A DNA stretch of 64,000 nucleotides, taken from positions 859,517 through 923,516 of the forward strand of contig OZ245737.1 of assembly GCA_965227315.1 (NCBI GenBank), read 5' to 3'. Numbering within the stretch: the first letter of the stretch is position 1; every line of letters begins with the position of its first letter. Positions 41,401-50,400 of this stretch are shown here, piece by piece. The notes under the pieces are model-generated. The model had not been told where the DNA came from. It searched no databases and saw nothing but the letters and a program-made list of their open reading frames with translations. The stretch is from Cytophagales bacterium. GTDB taxonomy: Bacteria; Bacteroidota; Bacteroidia; Cytophagales; CCMP332. A program made the position numbers and the translations under genes.

Positions 41401-44400
41401 CACCTGCCGTAAAGTCTGTGTTGAATACCGTGCTGTCCACAAAGACGTGACCTGCCGGACCGCTCACTACCTGCCAGTAACCATACTCACCTGCTGCAGG
41501 CATATTACCAGCCAATGTGGTGGTCAGCTGACAGACCGAATCAGGTGTGCCTGCATTCGGAACCGTAGGATCATCGAAGAAGGTGATCTGAACCGTGTCG
41601 GCTGAATCCAGGCATACTCCGTTGCCAAGGCTCCAGCTCAGTTCATATACTCCAAAACCACCTGCCGTAAAGTCTGTGTTGAATACCGTGCTGTCCACAA
41701 AGACGTGACCTGCCGGACCGCTCACTACCTGCCAGTAACCATACTCACCTGCTGCAGGCATGTTACCAGCCAATGTGGTGGTCAGCTGACAGACCGAATC
41801 AGGTGTGCCTGCATTCGGAACTGTAGCAATGTCAAAATAGGTAATCTCTACGGTATCCGCTCTATCAACGCAAGCACCGTTTGTAACCCTCCATTCAATT
41901 TCATAAACGCCGAAAACACTGGCCGTTGCTGTTGTATTGGGGAGAGAACTATCTCCAAATGTGATTATACCCGGGCCTGATATCTGTGACCACTGGGTTG
42001 TTCCCGCACTTGGGGTATTTCCCATTAAGTTGTAAACCAATCCACAGATTGAATCATCAGCACCAGCGATAGCTGTATCGGGTTGCTCGAAGAACTCGAA
42101 GATGACCGAATCAACCGAAGGGGTGCAAGGTCCGTTGCTTACGGTCCAATAAAATTTGTATACCCCGTATGCATCTACATTGACCGTTGCTGCTGGGTTG
42201 AGGCTATCATTGCTGAAATTGGCATTTCCGGGGTTTCCGACAATGTCAGCCGTCCAGATACCAGAGCCAATAGTCGGTGGAACCGCTTGAAGCGCCGTCG
42301 AAAACCCGCAGGCAGAATCAGGATCGGGGCCAGCATCAGCCGTACTCGGGTTATCAAAGAATGACAATTCAACAGTGTCAATACTAGGAGTACAGTTGCC
42401 GTTAGTAATTGTCCAGGTGACCAAATAAACTCCAAAATCAGATGCGGTTATTGGGGTATTCGGGTCATTTGGGAAAAAGAAAGTAATGTCATTGGGTCCC
42501 GGCGGAGTGGATATTGTATCCCATACACCAATACCTACTGTAGGGGTATTGCCATCCATGGTATAGTTTGTCCCACATAGACTTGTATCCGACCCGGCAT
42601 TAGAAGTCGTCGGATCTTGATCAAAACGAACAAAGACGGTATCTGCAGAATCAAGGCAGACACCATTTCCTATACTCCAACTCAGCTCATACAATCCATA
42701 GTTTCCTCCTGTAAAGTCTGTGTTGAATACCGTGCTGTCTACAAAGGCGTGACCAGCCGGACCGCTCAATACCTGCCAGTAGCCATATTCACCCGCCCCA
42801 GCCGGATTTGCTCCCAGCGTTGCGGTGAGACCACAAACAGTGTCGTTCATTCCTGCATTGGGCACGGTCGCAAAATCAAAGAAGGTGATCTGAACCGTGT
42901 CGGCTGAATCCAGGCATACTCCGTTGCCAAGGCTCCAGCTCAATTCATATACTCCGAAGCCGCCAGCTGTAAAGTCTGTGTTGAATACCGTGCTGTCTAC
43001 AAAGACGTGACCTGCCGGACCGCTCACTACCTGCCAGTAACCATACTCGCCTGCTGCAGGCATATTACCAGCCAATGTCGTGGTCAGCTGACAGACCGAA
43101 TCAGGGGTACCTGCATTCGGAATCGTAGGATCATCAAAGAAGGTGATCTGAACCGTGTCGGCTGAGTCAAGGCATACTCCGTTGCCAAGGCTCCAGCTCA
43201 ATTCATATACTCCGAAGCCGCCAGCTGTAAAGTCTGTGTTGAATACCGTGCTGTCTACAAAGACGTGACCTGCCGGACCGCTCACTACCTGCCAGTAACC
43301 ATACTCGCCTGCTGCAGGCATATTACCAGCCAATGTCGTGGTCAACTGACAGACCGAATCAGGTGTGCCTGCATTCGGAATCGTAGGATCATCAAAGAAG
43401 GTGATCTGAACCGTGTCGGCTGAGTCGAGGCATACTCCGTTGCCAAGGCTCCAGCTCAATTCATATACTCCGAAGCCGCCAGCTGTAAAGTCTGTGTTGA
43501 ATACCGTGCTGTCTACAAAGACGTGACCTGCAGGACCGCTCACTACCTGCCAGTAACCATACTCAGCCGGTCCTGGCATATTACCAGCCAATGTCGTGGT
43601 CAGCTGACAGACCGAATCAGGGGTACCTGCGTTCGGAATCGTAGGATCATCAAAGAAGGTGATCTGAACCGTGTCGGCTGAGTCAAGGCATACTCCGTTG
43701 CCAAGGCTCCAGCTCAATTCATATACTCCGAAGCCGCCAGCTGTAAAGTCTGTGTTGAATACCGTGCTGTCTACAAAGACGTGACCTGCCGGACCGCTCA
43801 CTACCTGCCAGTAACCATACTCAGCCGGTCCTGGCATATTACCAGCCAATGTCGTGGTCAGCTGACAGACCGAATCAGGGGTACCTGCGTTCGGAATCGT
43901 AGGATCATCAAAGAAGGTGATCTGAACCGTGTCGGCTGAGTCAAGGCATACTCCGTTGCCAAGGCTCCAGCTCAATTCATATACTCCGAAGCCGCCAGCT
44001 GTAAAGTCTGTGTTGAATACCGTGCTGTCTACAAAGACGTGACCTGCCGGACCGCTCACTACCTGCCAGTAACCATACTCAGCCGGTCCTGGCATATTAC
44101 CAGCCAATGTCGTGGTCAGCTGACAGACCGAATCAGGGGTACCTGCGTTCGGAATCGTAGGATCATCAAAGAAGGTGATCTGAACCGTGTCGGCTGAGTC
44201 AAGGCATACTCCGTTGCCAAGGCTCCAGCTCAATTCATATACTCCGAAGCCGCCAGCTGTAAAGTCTGTGTTGAATACCGTGCTGTCTACAAAGACGTGA
44301 CCTGCCGGACCGCTCACTACCTGCCAGTAACCATACTCGCCTGCTGCAGGCATATTACCAGCCAATGTCGTGGTCAGCTGACAGACCGAATCAGGGGTAC

Positions 44401-47400
44401 CTGCGTTCGGAATCGTAGGATCATCAAAGAAGGTGATCTGAACCGTGTCGGCTGAGTCGAGGCATACTCCGTTGCCAAGGCTCCAGCTCAATTCATATAC
44501 TCCGAAACCACCTGCCGTAAAGTCTGTGTTGAATACCGTGCTGTCCACAAAGACGTGACCTGCCGGACCGCTCACTACCTGCCAGTAACCATACTCACCT
44601 GCTGCAGGCATGTTACCAGCCAATGTGGTGGTCAGCTGACAGACCGAATCAGGGGTACCTGCGTTCGGAACCGTAGGATCATCGAAGAAGGTGATCTGAA
44701 CCGTATCGGCTGAATCCAGGCATACTCCGTTGCCAAGGCTCCAGCTCAATTCATATACTCCGAAACCACCTGCCGTAAAGTCTGTGTTGAATACCGTGCT
44801 GTCCACAAAGACGTGACCTGCCGGACCGCTCACTACCTGCCAGTAACCATACTCACCTGCTGCAGGCATGTTACCAGCCAATGTGGTGGTCAGCTGACAG
44901 ACCGAATCAGGTGTGCCTGCATTCGGAACCGTAGGATCATCGAAGAAGGTGATCTGAACCGTATCGGCTGAATCCAGGCATACTCCGTTGCCAAGGCTCC
45001 AGCTCAATTCATATACTCCGAAACCACCTGCCGTAAAGTCTGTGTTGAATACCGTGCTGTCCACAAAGACGTGACCTGCCGGACCGCTCACTACCTGCCA
45101 GTAACCATACTCGCCTGCTGCAGGCATGTTACCAGCCAATGTCGTGGTCAGCTGACAGACCGAATCAGGTGTGCCTGCATTCGGAACTGTAGGATCACCG
45201 AAAAAGACCAACTGCATCACATCCTGTGATTCAGGACAAGTACCATTTTGTGAATTCCAAAACACTGAGAAAGTATCAGGGCTTGAAACAATACCCGCAA
45301 CGTCTACCCGCACATTCGGATCCGTCGTATCATTTCCAAAGAAAAATAATGTTGAAGGCCCTGTAGCCGTCCAGTACCCCAAGCCGGTACCTATGGGAGT
45401 TCCGGACAGAAAGGCCGTCGTGCCGCAAGAATCGATATCAGGACCCGCATCAGGCGGTGAAGGAGAATCATGGAAAACTATCTGCACGATATCACTGCTG
45501 GTATCACAATCACCGATAATTGTCCACTCCAATTCAAAAGTGTCGGAGCTCTGAGTGAATCCACCAACGAGATCAACAATTGTGGTATCACTCAACGGAT
45601 CGACAATGTTAATTGTAAGAGGGCCGCTGATCTGTGTCCAGGTTCCTGCTCCAAATGTTGGTGCGTTTGCGGTCATTCGGATCAGGGTTCCGCACGAATC
45701 GATGTCCGTTCCGGCATCGGCAGGAGTAACCGTTGGCAATGTATCTACATAAAAACTATCCACGGAGAAACAGCCTGGAGACCTTGTAACGGTAAGGAAA
45801 TAGATCTCAGGGCCTGTGTTTGTGATTAGGGCAGTTGCAGAATTGGAAATCTGAAGGCCTCCGGGCGATCCCACATTCCAGCTATAGCTAAAGGTAAATG
45901 TCGGGTCAATCGAAACAGAATCCGCATAAACCAGGGTATCGCTTCCCAGGCAATAAACGATGGTATCATTGGTTGGAGGATTCAAATAGGAAATGACCGG
46001 CTCAAAACAAACCAGTACCGGGTCGGCAAACTCAGAACTATTCCCTCCCGACTCCTGGGTCACAGTGAGGCTGTCCAATCCGGCAATAATTGCTCCGGGA
46101 TTGATCTGCTTGCTCCAAAACCCTCCTGCGTTGGCTACAATTGTGGTATCCAAAAATTGTCTGCCTTGCTCGGATCCGTCAGCAAACAGGGATACGATTG
46201 CCCCCAACGAGGCATCTTTACCATAGAGAATTCCTGTAATACCAAGGCTATCAATAGTCGGAGCTGCAATACCAGACTGCACATCCCCGATCAAAGAAAT
46301 TCCCTCAACCGCATTATCATAAATTGAATTGTTTCTCCAAGCGTTTTGAGCTATTCCACCGCTGTTCGCTTCTATGCCGGGGCCCAGGTTGTTGGCAATA
46401 ATATTGGAGGTATCGGTGTTAAAAGAACCGAAGGTATTGAGACTTGCCCCTGCCCCGTTCAACAAAATGCCCGCCGCACCATTGGCACGCGGAGTGAAAG
46501 CGTCAATGCCGACACCGATCCAGTTCCTAAAAAAGAAGTTGTTATTGGCATTGACAAAAATTCCATTGTTCGTGTTCGATGAGATGATATTTCTGCGATT
46601 AGGGAGCGTGTCTCCCACAACATGATTCAGGCCATTGAGCCTAATACCAATATCATTCGCTGCAGCGTTTCCAAGAGTATCAATTCCAATGAAATTTCCG
46701 TAGATACTGTCGTTTGTCCCAGTCAATGTTTCGATTCCTGCATTTCCACCTAGGAAATTGATGATCGCCAATCCTCTGACCGCAACTCCGCTGGCGTCAA
46801 GTACAATTCCCGAGAAGCTTCCACCCTGTCCATCAAGCTGTATATCCGGAATCCCATCGTTGTCATATCCCGGTTGCGACCAACCATCGATGAGCGTGTT
46901 GGCGCCTGTTACGTTGGGCAGGGCAGAATCGAGAACAATTTCATGAGGTCCCCCACCGGGAATTGAAAATGAAATGATCGAACCTGGAGTCAAATTTGCC
47001 TCTCTAATCGCATTTCTGAAGGTACCACAGGTATTGTCATCAACCGTTTTACTCACCGCGAGACCGCCGTCAACTGTGATCTCTATAAATGCCGAATCCC
47101 AGCAGGTGGTTGCTGTTTCCTGAAAGATCGCCCAAACCGTATCCACAAATCCTACAATTTCCACAGAAGGGTCATAATCTGCGGTGTTGGTGGAAATATT
47201 AATAAGAGAAGAACTACCAACAATCTGTTTCCATGACCAGGTCCCGGGATTAGCAGGAAGGACAGTACTACTCATTCCGAACAGACCGCCGCTGATACAA
47301 ACAATTTGATTGCTTCCCTGATCGATGCCAACGGAAGGGTTGGCATTAATTGTAATCGTTGTTCCAACCAGAGCTGTATCGGTACATCCAAATGGAGTGG

Positions 47401-50400
47401 TTACCACAACATTATAAAGATGTGTTCCAATCGAATCGGCATAAAGGGTATCGGTTGTAGCACCGGCAATCGGGTTTCCATTGATCAGCCATTGGAAAGT
47501 CTCACCGTCCAATGAATCCTCGGAAAGAATTGCAAATCCATTTTCACAGTACGGCCCGGAAGATTGCTCGGTGATCGTCACAACCGGAAGTGGCTCTGCC
47601 TCGATCCATACTGAGTCGTATTCGAAACAGCTCGGATCATCAAAATCCGAAACCCTGACCGTATAGAATTGAGAACTTGCCGGGTTGACCGAGATAAAGG
47701 ATTTTGTTTGACCAACCAATACCGGGTCGGTGCGCCCACCATCATACCATTCGAAAAGCAGACCATTGCTTCCCAGGATAGTCCCAGCAACAGTGGCAGA
47801 ATCAACCCGAACTACAGTATCTCTGGTTGAGCAATTGTAGATACTGTCATGCGGGAGGGATACAACAGTATTTAGAAAATTGATATCGGGGCGTGAACAA
47901 ATTGCGAAGGGGGCAGAAAAATCTGATGATCTGTCTCCATCATCCTGTATGGCCGTGAGGTTTGTTAATCCGGGATTGATCCCTCCAAGGTTTAGGTCAA
48001 ACTCCCAGTTACCTCCGGCGGTTGCCACAGTATCTCCAAGATATTGCTCTCCTTCTTCGGCGGCATCGGCAAAAACCTGGATCCTGGCATTTGGTTGGGA
48101 AGTTCCTTCCAGGATAGTTCCCACCGGATTAAGATCATTAATCACCGGGGAATCAATGTCGTTTTGAACGCCCGGATCTACGAAATCTATTCCCAGTCCA
48201 CCATTTGAATAGATCTGGTTCTCAAAAAAGCGGTTGTCGTCTGCGCTACCCCTAACTCCTATGCCTTCATTGGCTGAATTGGCAATATCATTTGCAATGA
48301 TCGAATCGTTTTGTGCAGTACCCGAAAGATTGATACCGGCAGTCGATCCGGCAAGCGGGGTCCCGCCGGTGCTAATTCCAATACTATTGTTCTTTACGTC
48401 ATTGGCGCTTCCTGACTCGAGGCTGATCTCGTAGGTACCATGTCCTCCAATGTAGTTTCGCCCTCCAGCGGTTCCATCTCCGATCTGATTATTGGATGCT
48501 CCACCATCCACCCTGATACCATAGGCAGCATTGGCAACGGTGGCGTTTCCAAGATTATCCGTACCGATATAATTCCCTAATATTTGGTTGCCTTGTCCGG
48601 CTCCTCCGGATATTCGAATGTCCGAATCTCCATTTCCGGAGATCACATTTAGCCCTGAAGGGGTTCCGTCTCCAATCGAATTGTTTGCCGAGCCATCAAT
48701 AAAAACCCCGTTTACCCCATTGGGTATTGCTGCATTTCCGCTAGCGTTAAGCCCTATATAGTTTCCGATTACGAAATGAACACCAACACCCTCAATCTCA
48801 ATTCCATCATCGGAATTCCCAGAAATTATATTTCTTTCAGCAGGCGTTGTGCCGCCAATTCTGCAATTTGTTGCTAGCGAAGTGATGTTTACACCTTCTA
48901 TATTGGCAGAGGCCGCAACCGCAGTACCTGCAAGGTTGGTCCCGATCCTGTTGCCAATCGCAACCGCATTTGCTCCTTCAACCCAAATGGCCGAAACAAA
49001 GTTGAATAGGTGGAGATATTGGAAAGTGATATTATCTCCATCGGCTCTCATTTTCGATACAGCACCACCATCGATCGATACGGAAGGAATGTCATCTCCG
49101 TCAATATCACCGTCAATTACGGTTCCATTTCCATTTCCTGCCGAGACGATCAACTCATTGCCCAAAACCACTGTCTGACCGGTCATCACAGGATCAAAAC
49201 GTATGGTGTCCGCTCCCAAATTGCTATTGGCATATGCGGCCGCCACACTGAGGCATCCACAAGAATCCGGATCATCGGCCGTATTGATGACGATCCTTGG
49301 GTCATTGATCTGAATACTCAGTGAGTCCTGGGCTTCACAACCATCGTCATCGATCTTCCTGGCAAAGATCTTATCGGGACCTGTGGCAATATTGGTAAAG
49401 GTGTAGGTCACAGTATCCTGGTTGCCAACGGCAAGATTTCCATTCGCCAGGGTATGGCTCCAGATCAGGGAATCCGTAGGACTGGAAATAGGAAGCACAT
49501 AAAAATCCTGCACTTCATCCCAGCAATAAGGACCGGGATCGTCAACAGTAAGTGTCAAAGGGATCTGATTCTTAACAAAAAGATCTACCGTGCTGGTAAA
49601 GTGATTGGCCGGTATGGTATGTGTACATCCATTGGAATCGGTCACAGAAACCACAGCATAATCGGTGTATTGAATTCCAGCCGGTCGCGGAGGCATCATG
49701 AGGGTGTCAGTACCTTTCACATTATTGAAAACGAAACCGCCGGGGTTGAGAACAACCGTGAACCCTCCGGCAACGGTATCTGCTTCCCCTGTCACCCTGA
49801 TCCCGATGGGAATGGAATCGCCATCACAAATGGAATCCTTAACCGTATATAGGGTTGCCCCTATAGAGTCCTTATAAAAGAAATTGGATGGAGCAATATT
49901 TCTTGCCGAAACGCTTGCTACTCCTCCTGTAAATGTCAGTATGGTACCTGTTGGCGGGTTGGTTCTCCAGGAAAGCACACTTGAGTCGCATTTGTCAAGA
50001 ATGGGGATAACAATAGTACCAACCGTGGTATAGGTCAATGGAACCTGTACAGCAGCTCCCGGCGTAAGACTTTTAACCACATTGATCCCGACAACATTTA
50101 ATAAGGTGTTTCGGGATATGGTCATAGGATCATAACCTCCAACGTTATGCCACGCACCTCCGGTCGGGTCTAGTCTGGCATTATCAATATCAAGGTCAGG
50201 GGCGGTCGAGTCTACATTTGGTCTTAACCAAAAGTTTGAACTTCCAAGATCATCGGCAATACCGATTCGGCGTATTTCAATTAATACTCTGATGGAGTCT
50301 TTGGAAGCATCCAGGGATTGAGTGGCCCTAAGCTCCAGGTCAAGCTGAGAATATGCCCCAATGGAGCACAGCAGAAGTATGGATATCAGGTAGAGTTTCC

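Noticed and set aside
40541-45196. Highly regular 258-bp direct repeats that could be taken for a CRISPR array or satellite DNA.
   Set aside because: The units abut with no spacers. The period is a multiple of 3, and the repeats lie in frame inside a 21-kb ORF whose translation gives complete Cys-framed protein modules. No cas genes are present.
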